Part shown: positions 52,427 to 62,151 of the stretch, one piece after another
Numbering within the stretch: position 1 is the stretch's first letter
Layout of the letters: each line of letters starts with the position of its first letter
Assembly: GCA_963706325.1 (NCBI GenBank)
Contig: CAVPLT010000003.1
Coordinates: 1-64,000 of the forward strand
Source of the DNA: an uncultured Nitrospiraceae bacterium
GTDB taxonomy: Bacteria > Nitrospirota > Nitrospiria > Nitrospirales > Nitrospiraceae
Direction: 5' to 3'
DNA length: 64,000 nt
Notes under the pieces: generated by a model
The model's database searches: none
Told to the model about the DNA's origin: nothing
What the model saw: the letters and a program-made list of their open reading frames with translations, nothing else
Program-made: the position numbers and the translations under genes

Positions 52427-52952
52427 TGTAGGAGAGAAGCCTGATCAGAGGTGTCTTGCATACAACAATGCGTTCACTCTGTCAGGGGCGTCCTGTCTCC
52501 CATCGGTTAAGAAGCGCATCTTTAAGGCCGGGAGGTCGGGTGGGAAGTGACATCGTAGATTCACAGTACCGACAAAGACTCTCAAACCACCAGACTTCCT
52601 GCGGATCCAAGTCATACAGCTGCCGGGCAACGGATTCCTCCATCCAGGCTTCTCTGGATGTCACCGTTCTCTGTGGGAGCTGTCTGCGGCCGCATTTTTT
52701 GCAGTGAAACCAGACCGCCCGACCCAAGAACAGGCCTGATTCATTAACGGCTGCGTCTCCGGTCTCGTCGCCCGGGCCGTGCTCTTGCTCGTAATCATGC
52801 ATTGCCCGTTTATAGGGCAGTCTGCTGAAACCTGGAACTCGTAAAATGTGAATGTTTTTGCGGAAAGTTTACGAGGCACGTGATAGGGTAAGGGAGAGCT
52901 GAATGAGGGCCATCAGCGCCGATTATAAGGGCAACAGACCATGCATCAGGGC
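52427..52952. repeat. Diverged direct repeat B, left of nxrAB
   Basis: Colinear with 59515..60049 from TGTAGGAGAGAAGCCT to the last codons of a NarL-like gene. Confidence 0.85.
52482..52802 (-). CDS. Small CxxC...CxxC protein; C-terminus frameshifted relative to its paralogue
   Basis: WFHCKKC...LDPQEVWWFESLCRYC; paralogue of 59480..59893. Confidence 0.55.
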   Translation of the reverse strand: MHDYEQEHGPGDETGDAAVNESGLFLGRAVWFHCKKCGRRQLPQRTVTSREAWMEESVARQLYDLDPQEVWWFESLCRYCESTMSLPTRPPGLKDALLNRWETGRP

Positions 52953-53057
52953 CATTACAGGGGCTGGGGGACGCTTACCACGGGGGCACTTGGGATTGCC
53001 TTGCATACAGACTCATGGGTCTGAGTAACTACTGAATCTAGGGCTAGATCCACATAC

Positions 53058-53333
53058 TTACACAGGAGCTGTACGATTTTTATCGACAATAGCCCAGGCT
53101 ATTAGGCCATATGAAATGAATCGCAATATATAAATGAAGGGGTCTTCCTCCGATGACGCAGCCATAAGTGCCATACAAATACGACTCACCACTTCCACAA
53201 AGAATGCGAGCGCGAAAAATAAAAACAAACGGTCGCCGCTCGTCCTCCAGAATCGCAAAAAGAATACACCTGCCATCGAAGTTCCCAACGTAACCGCCCC
53301 CAGCAGCCATTCTTTCAGCCCCAATATTTCCAT
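53058..53333 (-). CDS. DUF5985-like small membrane protein
   Basis: FFLRFWRTSGDRLFLFFALAF...YILR...AIVDKNR. Confidence 0.8.
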   Translation of the reverse strand: MEILGLKEWLLGAVTLGTSMAGVFFLRFWRTSGDRLFLFFALAFFVEVVSRICMALMAASSEEDPFIYILRFISYGLIAWAIVDKNRTAPV

Positions 53334-53596
53334 TAGTCCACCTCAGTCCGCATGATGAGCCCGTAGAGGAGTAGGCTGATGGCAAGGAGTGCAATGATAT
53401 GTCGCCAGATACTTAGATCTATCAGGGGAACCACGAGTTTATCTGCAATAAGCAAGACGTTGTTTACGGTCTGAATGCTAAAAAATACGCCGCTCCAGAA
53501 GATGAGTCTATTATTCCCACTCCGATAGGCTCTGAGAAGGAGCCACGCGCATAACAATGCGGTCGCCGCACAGAGCGTATAAATAAGACCAGCCAT
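53333..53596 (-). CDS. DUF5985-like small membrane protein
   Basis: IYTLCAATALLCAWLLLRAY...LIFWSG...LLYGLI; TAATG coupling to the next gene. Confidence 0.8.
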   Translation of the reverse strand: MAGLIYTLCAATALLCAWLLLRAYRSGNNRLIFWSGVFFSIQTVNNVLLIADKLVVPLIDLSIWRHIIALLAISLLLYGLIMRTEVD

Positions 53597-53598
53597 GG

Positions 53599-53985
53599 CT
53601 ATTCTTTCTTCTTCAATCTAAATGCATCCGCCATTTCCGCGAGATCCCGTCGAGGCTTCTGATGTATGAGGTTGGTTACCGGTACGAGATATTTGGAATA
53701 AGTGTCTGCCAATTGATTGATGGATGCAGCAAGGTCCTGATTCTTGGGCTGGTAGTAATACAATCTGGGCTCCAGCGTTTCGGTTTCAATCAACTCACGC
53801 GCCACCAGCTTCCCGAGAACCGCTGCAGTTTCCTTCTCAGTCATGTAAATCCGTTCGGCAACGCCGTTGCAAGTCCATTTGTGCTGTGGATGAGTACGAA
53901 ACAGTAGTAGGGCTTCGAGTTGGGCAACGGAATCAATGTTGGCGAGAATGAATCTGCGAACTTCATCGGGGATGCGATGTTGCAT
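53599..53985 (-). CDS. Winged-helix-like hypothetical protein accompanying the DUF5985 pair
   Basis: VRRFILANIDSVAQLEALLL...LADTY...VTNLIH...ADAFRLKK. Confidence 0.75.
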   Translation of the reverse strand: MQHRIPDEVRRFILANIDSVAQLEALLLFRTHPQHKWTCNGVAERIYMTEKETAAVLGKLVARELIETETLEPRLYYYQPKNQDLAASINQLADTYSKYLVPVTNLIHQKPRRDLAEMADAFRLKKKE

Positions 53986-54390
53986 GATTTCTTTTTAATG
54001 GGGGAAGCAAAATTAGACGATCCGGGTGCGGCACCAGCAAGTCTGCACGCCCTCAGGTATGGGGGGGGTACTCTCAGCTAAAGCTCGTACAGACTACTTA
54101 TTTGAGAAAAGCTCTGTCAATACGCTTCAACCGATAATGGTCCTGACAATAGTTCCTACCAGGTTACTATCTTCCAATCGCGATGAAGCATTTGCTGCCT
54201 TATTAGCCCGTCGGTCTACTCTTCTATTCCTCTCTCCCAGAGACATAGGGATCATACCTCCGAGAATGGCCTTAGCGTGATCCGCAGCGGATTGGGCTCC
54301 TCCATGAGGTCAGTGTAAGTGAAGGGATACTTCCTCGATGAGAAGAGTCAGCGCGTCGGGCTGTGGAATAAGTAGGAGATCATTAAGACG

Positions 54391-54476
54391 AAGGCAGGAG
54401 GCCCTTTCGAGCTTCCTGCCTTCATTCCTGCTCATTCTCTTCACAGGAGAAAAAGGCGAGGCCTTTTTCCCCTGTG
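54391..54476 (-). terminator. Two tandem hairpins after nxrB (putative terminator / 3' stabiliser)
   Basis: CACAGG-GAAAAAGGC..GCCTTTTTC-CCTGTG stem and AAGGCAGGAAGCTC-GAAA-GGGCCTCCTGCCTT; weak U-tract. Confidence 0.55.
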
Positions 54477-54482
54477 TGAGTC

Positions 54483-55772
54483 TTACAGCCAGTTCACGCG
54501 TTCGGCCGGCCGAATGTAGATCGGCTCTTCGACCTGGATGCGCGCCACTTCCTTGCCCGACTTGTTGAAGCCCAACACGGTATCGTTGTACATATCGAAC
54601 CGCTTCCCGTGGATCTGGGTTTCAAACACTTTCGGACCCGGAATGACGTCGTACCGGAAGATGATCTGCTGGCTCGCTCTCCAGAGCTGGAGGACGGCCA
54701 ACAGTTCCCGACTCGGCACAAGATACTTCTCGATGGCGTTGTCCACGCCCGGGCCGAACATCTGCCGCGCATACCCACGCGGGCTGTGTCGCGGCGGAAT
54801 GTAGAAGCCGTTGGGCTCGGTGCCCCACTGTGGATACAGGGGCAAGGCCACCTGCTCTACGCGAATCGCGTAGTACAGGGGATGCCAGCGGTCTTCGGCC
54901 CACAGGCCGTCCTCGCCGATCCGCATCAACGACTGCATGCGGATCTTGCCCACGCAGGCCGCCATGCAGCGCGTTTCCATCGGCTCGCCGCCCGTCAGCG
55001 GATCCTTGCCTTCGATCCGCGGATAACAGGCGATACACTTCTCCGACACCCGGGTCGTGCCCCGGTACATCGGCTTCTTATAGGGACACTGCTCCACGCA
55101 CTTCTTGTACCCGCGACATCGGTTCTGGTCGATCAACACAATGCCGTCTTCCGGCCGCTTGTAGATCGCCTTCCGCGGGCAGGCCGCGAGGCAGCCCGGA
55201 TAGGTGCAGTGGTTGCAGATCCGCTGCAGATAGAAGAAATACGTCTCGTGTTCCGGCAAGCTTGAGCCGGAGAGCCGCCACGGTTCGTCCCGCGTAAAGC
55301 CCGACTTGTCGATGTTCTCGACAATGGCCCGCATCGACGTCGCCGTGTCTTCATAAATGTTCACGAACCGCCATTCCTGGTCGGTCGGAATGTACCCGAT
55401 CGCCGCCTGGCCCACTTTGGCCCCGGCGTCGAAAATGGTCATCCCTTCGAACACCCCGTACGGCGCATGGTGCTTGCGGCCCACGCGCACGTTCCACACC
55501 TGCCCGCCCGGGTTCACTTGCTCGACGAGCTGCGTGATCTTCACGTCGTAGAACTGCGGATACCCGCCGTAGGGCTTGGTCTCCACGTTGTTCCACCACA
55601 TGTACTCCTGCCCCTTCGAAAAGAGCCAGGTCGACTTGTCGGCCATCGAACAGGTCTGACAGGCCAAACAGCGATTGATGTTGAACACAAAGGCAAACTG
55701 CCACTTCGGATGCCGCTCCTCATACGGATACAGCATCTTCCGTCCCAGTTGCCAGTTATAGACTTCTGGCAT
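54483..55772 (-). CDS. nxrB: Nitrite oxidoreductase beta subunit (Nitrospira type)
   Basis: MPEVYNWQLGR start; CLACQTC...D, CNHCTYPGC..ACP, CRGYKKC..QCP, CIAC...C..AC Fe-S motifs; 429 aa. Confidence 0.97.
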   Translation of the reverse strand: MPEVYNWQLGRKMLYPYEERHPKWQFAFVFNINRCLACQTCSMADKSTWLFSKGQEYMWWNNVETKPYGGYPQFYDVKITQLVEQVNPGGQVWNVRVGRKHHAPYGVFEGMTIFDAGAKVGQAAIGYIPTDQEWRFVNIYEDTATSMRAIVENIDKSGFTRDEPWRLSGSSLPEHETYFFYLQRICNHCTYPGCLAACPRKAIYKRPEDGIVLIDQNRCRGYKKCVEQCPYKKPMYRGTTRVSEKCIACYPRIEGKDPLTGGEPMETRCMAACVGKIRMQSLMRIGEDGLWAEDRWHPLYYAIRVEQVALPLYPQWGTEPNGFYIPPRHSPRGYARQMFGPGVDNAIEKYLVPSRELLAVLQLWRASQQIIFRYDVIPGPKVFETQIHGKRFDMYNDTVLGFNKSGKEVARIQVEEPIYIRPAERVNWL

Positions 55773-55855
55773 GACTCGCTCCTTTCAGTCTCGATAGGTC
55801 GATCGTTGTTCGTGACGCCCGCCGCCCGACGGCGCGTCACAGACGAACCCACACC

Positions 55856-58800
55856 CTAGACCTTGATCTTGATATGTTCCCCTTTGAGCCACTTGATCAT
55901 GAACTCGTTTTCCTGACCCGGCGTGAACCCGGTCCGGACTGGTTCCCAGGGCCCACGGGCTCCGATGCCGCCGTCTTCCGCCTTCGTGATGCGGATCAAG
56001 CATTCCTTCGGGGTTGTGTTGACTCCATGGTGATCGATGGCATAGCCCCACTTGAACTTCCAAGCAACCGTATGTTTGCCCGGCAATGAGTCCGTCTGGT
56101 GCATCGGCATCAACCAGCTTCTGGTAAACGACTGTTGGGCGCCGTACCGGAAGTTGGACTGATAGCCGGTATCGACCGCGATGGCACGTCCGTCCGGCCG
56201 CGTCTCGTGGCCCTTCACCGACTTGGCCGTCGACACGTACGGAGCATGTTTCGCCATCGTGACGTGATACGGATAGGCTGGATTGTACTTAGCCCGGATC
56301 ATCAAACGGGACACTTTGTAGAACGGATCCGAAGGTTTCCAGCCACGATAGGGCCGGTCCACCGGGTTGCCGTCGACAAAGACGTAGTCGCCGTCGTTGA
56401 TACCGCGGTCTTTCGCCGCTTGCGGATTAATGTGCAACTGGTGTTCGCCGACACCCGGCGTCCGTTTGTCCATGCGGTACGGATCGCCGAAGTTCGACTC
56501 ATAAATCTGCACCCAGTCGTTGACCGACCATTGGCTGTGCACCCGGTGCCGGGTCTTGGGCGTCACACAGTAGAACTGGTAGCCCTTTTCCCACAATGGG
56601 TTCGGATGCCGCTTGATTTCCTGCCACGGCAGCTTGATGTTGCGCACGTGCTTGTCATCATGGTGCTGCGCGGTGATCGGAATCCCGTAATCGTCCGGCC
56701 GAATGAACGGATTGTTCGAGAAAATCGCATTCGGCAAGTACGGCGTACACTCTGGGCCTTCCCGGTGTACGATGAAGTTTTCCCCGTACTCGATGGCTTC
56801 CGGCTCAATCCGGTAGGTCTCGATGCGGCCTGACCGCGTCCACTGGGGCTTCGACTCGTTCGTCTCCTCCCACAGCGGATGCCGCGGATAGGTCCTGGTC
56901 ATGACCATCCAGCCCTTTTCCGACTTCAACATGACATCCGCGCTGTATCCGTAACAGGTGGCGCTAGCATCCAGCATCCGCTGCGGATAGACATCGACGC
57001 GGTTCATGTAGACGAAGTGGAACACGCCACGGAACCGGGCATCTCCGGTCACCTCCGCCAGCTTGGCGGCGACGCCGGCGAAGGTGTCCGCATCGTTCCG
57101 GGTGTCGTACAACGGGCGGATTCCGCCTTTCCAGATCTGCACCCACGGATTGGAGACCGTAGCGGTCATCTCCGGATAGGTGAATTCCATCCACGAGTTA
57201 CAGGCAAACGCCACGTCCGCATGGTTGACGTCCGAGGTCATCTCGATGTCTTGCGTGACGATCATCTCGATGTTCGGATCGACGTTCTTCACCATGTCAT
57301 AGTGGTGTTTGGCGTTGTTCAGAATGTTCACGTTGGTCACCCAGCGCACTTTGCTGGGGCTCGGCATATGGGTCTTGCCGGTGAACACCTTGCGCCCGTA
57401 CTTCGGCGTATTGACGATCAAGGCCGTATCCCCATGGTTCCAGTACCCGACCTCTTCACCATAATAATACGATTTGGTCTTGATCTCTTTGCCATGGGCA
57501 TTGGGATCCAAGGTCAGGTTGAACGGATCCTCACCGGTGTGGACCGCGAGTCCCCCGCCGGACCACGGCACCGCGTTCCAGATCCCGGCTTTGTAGTTGC
57601 CGGACCAGGTATGGCAGCCCGTGCCGAATTTGCCGATGTTGCCCGTGATGGTCATCACCAGCGCCGCCGCCCGACCCATTGCCGTCATGTGGAAATAGTG
57701 ACAGACGCCTTCGCCGTTGTGCATCGCGGCCGGCTTGATCGTGCCCGAATCACGCGCCCAACGGACCAGCAGGTCTTTCGGCGCCCGGGTGATTTGATGC
57801 GTGGTATCGAGATCATAGTCCTGAAGGTGGACTTGATACATTTGGTAGATCGACATGACGTCGATTTCGCGACCATTGACCAGCTTCACCCGGAACGTCC
57901 CGGTCAAGGCCGGATCGATGCCGCTCTCCTTGAAATGGAAGCCGACCTGCTCCCGGTGCAGAGGAACCGCTTTCCCCTTTGCCAGGTCCCAGACCATCAT
58001 GCCGCCGAGTCGTTCGATTTGCTCGGGCTTCAAGGATTGGATGCGCCCCGAATAGCTCTTCGAGAAATCCGGGAATTTGTAATCGGCCACCACATCGCGC
58101 GGATCGAGATACTGGAGAGTATCGGTCCGTACAAGTAAGGGCAGGTCGGTAAATTCCTTGATGTAATCAATATCCTGCAAATTCTCGTCGAAAATGATTT
58201 TGCAGGCACCGAGGAAGTTGGCGCCGTCAGTTTCCGGCCGCAGAGGAATCCAGTAATCGGCCCGGTAGGCCGTCGGATTATATTCCGGCGTAATGACGAC
58301 AATACGCGCGCCGCGCTCGATCGACTCGAGCTTCCAGTGCGCTTCCGGCATCTTGTTCTCGACGAAGTTCTTGCCCCAGCTGGTGTTCATTTTGGAAAAA
58401 CGCATATCGGCTAGATCCAGATCGCAATTCTGGGTGCCGTTCCAGAAAGGATGGGACGGGTCCTGGTCGCCATGCCAAGTATAGTTTGAATAGTACTTTC
58501 CGCCTTGAGCCCTATCGGGACCGACTTTGCGAATCCACGAGTCCAGCAAAGGCAGACACCCATTATTAAAGCGGGTGTTCATCATTTTGCCCACGATGCC
58601 GAGCACCGGCATACCTGCCCGATGCTTGAAGCAGCGCACGCCCGCGCCCTTCATCATTTCGATCATTTCCGGCGCATAGCCCTGCTCGCGGAGACGGCGC
58701 GCTCCGGCTTCGCCGCTGTAGCGAGTGGCGATGAGCACGCAGGCTTTTGACACATAGGTAAACGCCGTGTCCCACGAGACCCGGTTGAGGTCGTCGAGGA

Positions 58801-59299
58801 AGCGGCTGTCGAATTTATACTTGTGTTTGACATCCGGCGTGAGTTCCGGTGATCCGTCGTCCATCCATTGTTTCCAGCCCTTCCGCATCAAGGGACCCTT
58901 CAAGCGATAGGGACCGTACACGCGGCGATGGAAGGTGAATCCCTTCAAGCACATGCGCGGGTTATGCGCGAAGGTACCGCGGTTGCCATAGAGATCTTCG
59001 TAAGTTTGATGATCATAATTTTGTTCGACGCGCATGACGACGCCATTCCGGACGAACGCCCGGACTCGACAGCCGTGGGTATCGTTCGGCGAGCAGCACC
59101 AGGTAAAGGACGAGTCATACCGGTATTGATCGTGATACACACGCTCCCAGGACCGATCCGGGTACTCACCCAGCGGGTTCCCAACCTCGATGACCGGCTG
59201 CAGCGCGGTCAACGCGAGGACTTTGTCCGCCACGGCCACGGCCGCGACGGTTCCTGCTGAAATTTTGAGAAACTGTCTCCGTGAAACGGAAACCAGCAT
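55856..59299 (-). CDS. nxrA: Nitrite oxidoreductase alpha subunit (periplasmic, Tat-exported, Mo-bisPGD)
   Basis: SRRQFLK Tat motif; CSPNDTHGC...RMCLKG; YTWHGDQ; TPKTRHRVHSQW; GGAGGT RBS places the start at 59299. Confidence 0.97.
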   Translation of the reverse strand: MLVSVSRRQFLKISAGTVAAVAVADKVLALTALQPVIEVGNPLGEYPDRSWERVYHDQYRYDSSFTWCCSPNDTHGCRVRAFVRNGVVMRVEQNYDHQTYEDLYGNRGTFAHNPRMCLKGFTFHRRVYGPYRLKGPLMRKGWKQWMDDGSPELTPDVKHKYKFDSRFLDDLNRVSWDTAFTYVSKACVLIATRYSGEAGARRLREQGYAPEMIEMMKGAGVRCFKHRAGMPVLGIVGKMMNTRFNNGCLPLLDSWIRKVGPDRAQGGKYYSNYTWHGDQDPSHPFWNGTQNCDLDLADMRFSKMNTSWGKNFVENKMPEAHWKLESIERGARIVVITPEYNPTAYRADYWIPLRPETDGANFLGACKIIFDENLQDIDYIKEFTDLPLLVRTDTLQYLDPRDVVADYKFPDFSKSYSGRIQSLKPEQIERLGGMMVWDLAKGKAVPLHREQVGFHFKESGIDPALTGTFRVKLVNGREIDVMSIYQMYQVHLQDYDLDTTHQITRAPKDLLVRWARDSGTIKPAAMHNGEGVCHYFHMTAMGRAAALVMTITGNIGKFGTGCHTWSGNYKAGIWNAVPWSGGGLAVHTGEDPFNLTLDPNAHGKEIKTKSYYYGEEVGYWNHGDTALIVNTPKYGRKVFTGKTHMPSPSKVRWVTNVNILNNAKHHYDMVKNVDPNIEMIVTQDIEMTSDVNHADVAFACNSWMEFTYPEMTATVSNPWVQIWKGGIRPLYDTRNDADTFAGVAAKLAEVTGDARFRGVFHFVYMNRVDVYPQRMLDASATCYGYSADVMLKSEKGWMVMTRTYPRHPLWEETNESKPQWTRSGRIETYRIEPEAIEYGENFIVHREGPECTPYLPNAIFSNNPFIRPDDYGIPITAQHHDDKHVRNIKLPWQEIKRHPNPLWEKGYQFYCVTPKTRHRVHSQWSVNDWVQIYESNFGDPYRMDKRTPGVGEHQLHINPQAAKDRGINDGDYVFVDGNPVDRPYRGWKPSDPFYKVSRLMIRAKYNPAYPYHVTMAKHAPYVSTAKSVKGHETRPDGRAIAVDTGYQSNFRYGAQQSFTRSWLMPMHQTDSLPGKHTVAWKFKWGYAIDHHGVNTTPKECLIRITKAEDGGIGARGPWEPVRTGFTPGQENEFMIKWLKGEHIKIKV

Positions 59300-59479
59300 G
59301 ATAGCTACCTCCTTGTTGGCCCATGAGTCCCTCATGCACCTGTTCGTACGACTTCCCTGCAGTTCCTAAAATGCGATTCTGGTTGATATACCCCCTTCCC
59401 CTGTATCGAATTGGAAATATGGAGCGATCGAACGTCGCATACGAGATGGCGGTGGTCTCTGGCTCAATAGATGAGAGTA

Positions 59480-59893
59480 TCAAGGCTTTTGGGACCATGC
59501 GCCTTGTCCAAGTCTGTAGGAGAGAAGCCTAATTAGATGGGTTGTGTATACAACGATGCGTTCAGTCTTCCCACTGTCGTCTTGCGTTGCATAGGACACG
59601 AAGAGCATCTTAAGGCCAGCAGGTCGCGTCTGAAAGGAAATCGAGGTTTCGCGGTGCCCACAAAGAGTGTCCAACCAGCAGACTTCCTGAGGATCCAAGT
59701 TATGCCGTCGGAGGGGGACCGATGCCTCTTCCCAGCTTCCTTTGAATTTCGCAGGTCTGCTTGAGATATGTACTCGTCTGCTTCTCTTGCAGTTAAACCA
59801 GAGTGCCCGACCCAAGAACTCGCCTGATTCATCAACGGCCGCATCCCAGTGTCCGTCGTCCCAAGGATGCTCCTCTTCGTGGGTTTCATGCAT
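59480..59893 (-). CDS. Hypothetical protein, paralogue of 52482..52802 lacking two of the four Cys
   Basis: DAAVDESGEFLGRALWFNCKRS...LDPQEVCWLDTLCGHR. Confidence 0.55.
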   Translation of the reverse strand: MHETHEEEHPWDDGHWDAAVDESGEFLGRALWFNCKRSRRVHISSRPAKFKGSWEEASVPLRRHNLDPQEVCWLDTLCGHRETSISFQTRPAGLKMLFVSYATQDDSGKTERIVVYTTHLIRLLSYRLGQGAWSQKP

Positions 59894-60049
59894 GGCCCAT
59901 CTATAGAGCACCCTGCAGAAGTTCGGAACTCGGAAAACGTGAATGTTTTTGCGGAAAGTTTACGAGGCACGGGGAGGAATAAAGGGAGGAGACGAATAAG
60001 CTACCGTCAACGCCGATGACTAAGGGGTCAACAGACCATGCGTCAGCGC
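59515..60049. repeat. Diverged direct repeat B', right of nxrAB
   Basis: Colinear with 52427..52952. Confidence 0.85.
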
Positions 60050-60661
60050 ATATTTGATAAGTTCTGCAGTGGTCCGCAATCCAAGCTGCTCCATGGCTTG
60101 TGCCTTATGAAATTCAACAGTCCGCGTCGAAATTTTGAGTCTCACGGCAATGTCCTTCACCGCTCGTCCCTCGGCCAGTAGTTGGAGGACCTCTCGCTGA
60201 CGAAAGGTGAGTGGCTTTTTGTGTCGCAACTGCTCAGCCCCAGGAGCAAGTAAGGTGTCAATGAGCTCCTTGGCGATCAACGGCGTGACGTAGGTGTGCC
60301 CCCCCCATACCACTTTTATCGCCTGCTCCAGCTCATCGACAGCTGACCGTTTCAGCAAATAACCTGACGCGCCTGCTTCGAACGCCGATCGAACATAATC
60401 AACATCGGCATGCATGGTCACGAAAATAATCTTGATCGAGGGCTGCCGCTTCTTTAGCTCCGTGGCGGCATCGATGCCGTTCAGTAAAGGCATCGACACA
60501 TCGAGAATGACAATGTCGGGCTGCGCGCGTTCAGCGGCTTCAATAAGCGCTCGCCCATCTTCGACCATTCCGACCAGCTCGCATTGCGCATCGAGAATGC
60601 GCCGGAAGCCTTCGAGCACCAACGAATGATCGTCTGCCAACAGGACGCGCGGCCTAAGCAT
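60020..60661 (-). CDS. NarL/LuxR-family response regulator
   Basis: LADDH, LDVSMP, LTFRQREVLQLLAEG...ISTRTVEFHK. Confidence 0.95.
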   Translation of the reverse strand: MLRPRVLLADDHSLVLEGFRRILDAQCELVGMVEDGRALIEAAERAQPDIVILDVSMPLLNGIDAATELKKRQPSIKIIFVTMHADVDYVRSAFEAGASGYLLKRSAVDELEQAIKVVWGGHTYVTPLIAKELIDTLLAPGAEQLRHKKPLTFRQREVLQLLAEGRAVKDIAVRLKISTRTVEFHKAQAMEQLGLRTTAELIKYALTHGLLTP

Positions 60662-61820
60662 GTGACGCTCCTACCCAAGGAACTTGGACTTGCATATGCG
60701 TCCCCTGCCCCGGTGCCGTGACGACGTCCAGCGTGCCATGTACGAGCCGCGCCCGTTCTTTCATGCTCAGCAATCCGAGGCGCGGGGAAGTCTGTGCCAT
60801 CTGCTCGAGATCAAACCCGATGCCGTTGTCGCGGATCGAGAGACTGATCAAATCTTCCTCGCAAATCAGTTCAACCTCCACTTCAGTGGCCCGAGCATGA
60901 CGCGCTACATTATTGAGACTTTCCTGTGCGATCCGATAGACACATGTAGCGAGATCGGGGGGTACAGGACTGACGGAATCGTCATGAACATACAATGCCT
61001 CCAACCCTGTACTCGCGGAGAAATCATCCACGAGACGACGCACGGCCTTGGTGAGTCCAAGGTCATCCAGAATAGAAGGGTGGAATCGATAGGCCAGTTG
61101 CCGCACGTCATCTGAAACCTTGCTCAAACGTCCGGTGATCGACCGAGTCAAATCCCAGATAGCCTTGTAATCGGTCATCTCGTCCTTTTCAATCCGGCGG
61201 AGATCCATTGCCAGCATCGCCAACCGTTGATTCACGTCATCATGCAGGTCACGAGCAATCCGGCGGCGGTCCTCTTCTTGAGCGGTCAGCAGTTGTCCCG
61301 CCAGTGCCCTCAGTTCTTCGCGACTCCCTCGCAGTTCCTCCTGGCTGGCGCGGAGCGAGGTCTCGCTATCGCGAAGCGATCGCTCGGTCTCTCGCCGTTC
61401 GCCGATCTCTTCAAGGAGGGCCTGATTGACCAAGGCCAGTTCACTGGTGCGTTCCTGCACCCGGGTCTCCAATTCGCCATGGGCTCTCCGAAGCGCTTCC
61501 TCATTCTTCCGATGCTGCAAAAAATAGGCAACCGGCCCCCAAATTGCGGTGAGACAAAGCAATCGATTGCTCACGCCAATCCAGAGCGGCACATTCGGGA
61601 TGGTGGGACCCAGGAAAATATCGGATATGGCGAGAACGGAACAGATACTCGCCGCAATCACAGCGGTTCTTCGTCCGGGGAGGGAGAAGGAAAGGACTAC
61701 CAGACCGCCGTAGAGCACGCCATTGCCGACGCCAAGAGGAAGATAGAGATCTAAGACATACAGGCCGATACCTAGGATGACTATCGTAAGAAGGAGCCAT
61801 CTGTGGGACGGTAGAGTCAT
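60654..61820 (-). CDS. Membrane sensor kinase, HisKA_3 (NarX/UhpB type)
   Basis: About 4 TM helices; EDRRRIARDLHD; QESLNNVARHA; DNGIGF; LGLLSMKER; overlaps the regulator start. Confidence 0.93.
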   Translation of the reverse strand: MTLPSHRWLLLTIVILGIGLYVLDLYLPLGVGNGVLYGGLVVLSFSLPGRRTAVIAASICSVLAISDIFLGPTIPNVPLWIGVSNRLLCLTAIWGPVAYFLQHRKNEEALRRAHGELETRVQERTSELALVNQALLEEIGERRETERSLRDSETSLRASQEELRGSREELRALAGQLLTAQEEDRRRIARDLHDDVNQRLAMLAMDLRRIEKDEMTDYKAIWDLTRSITGRLSKVSDDVRQLAYRFHPSILDDLGLTKAVRRLVDDFSASTGLEALYVHDDSVSPVPPDLATCVYRIAQESLNNVARHARATEVEVELICEEDLISLSIRDNGIGFDLEQMAQTSPRLGLLSMKERARLVHGTLDVVTAPGQGTHMQVQVPWVGASHA

Positions 61821-62151
61821 GGGAAGCAATTATCCCCTCTTCGCAGAGGATGGGCAAGCCAGCATTTCGTCTTAACGTTGACGGGTCACGACTATGCCGC
61901 GCCCAGCTATTCTTTTCGGGGGTCCGTCTTTCTGAGGTAAACTTAGAGAAGCATACAACTCCGGCGGGGCTTGCGGTTTCATGGCAGAGAGGAGGACGTC
62001 ACAATCAAAAATAAAAGGGATGATCTCCGTGTGATAGGTGTGCTCCATGCAATGTGGGTCCGCCTATTACTGCTTCAGAGGGCGCTTTCGGACGAGCTCA
62101 TCTTCGCGTCTAAAATCCCATTCGCCAAACCCAGCAGCGCGAACGCACGTT

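Noticed and set aside
56879..58138. 419-aa plus-strand ORF and other long antisense ORFs over nxrAB
   Set aside because: Shadow frames of a strongly codon-biased gene; no protein-like features
54483..59299. Respiratory nitrate reductase narGH
   Set aside because: The Tat signal, the CxxxD-type N-terminal Fe-S motif, the MPEVYNWQLGR beta start and the absence of narJ/narI fit Nitrospira-type NXR
59300..59335. ORF-track N-terminal extension of NxrA
   Set aside because: The GGAGGT RBS lies inside it and the Tat motif position favours ATG 59299
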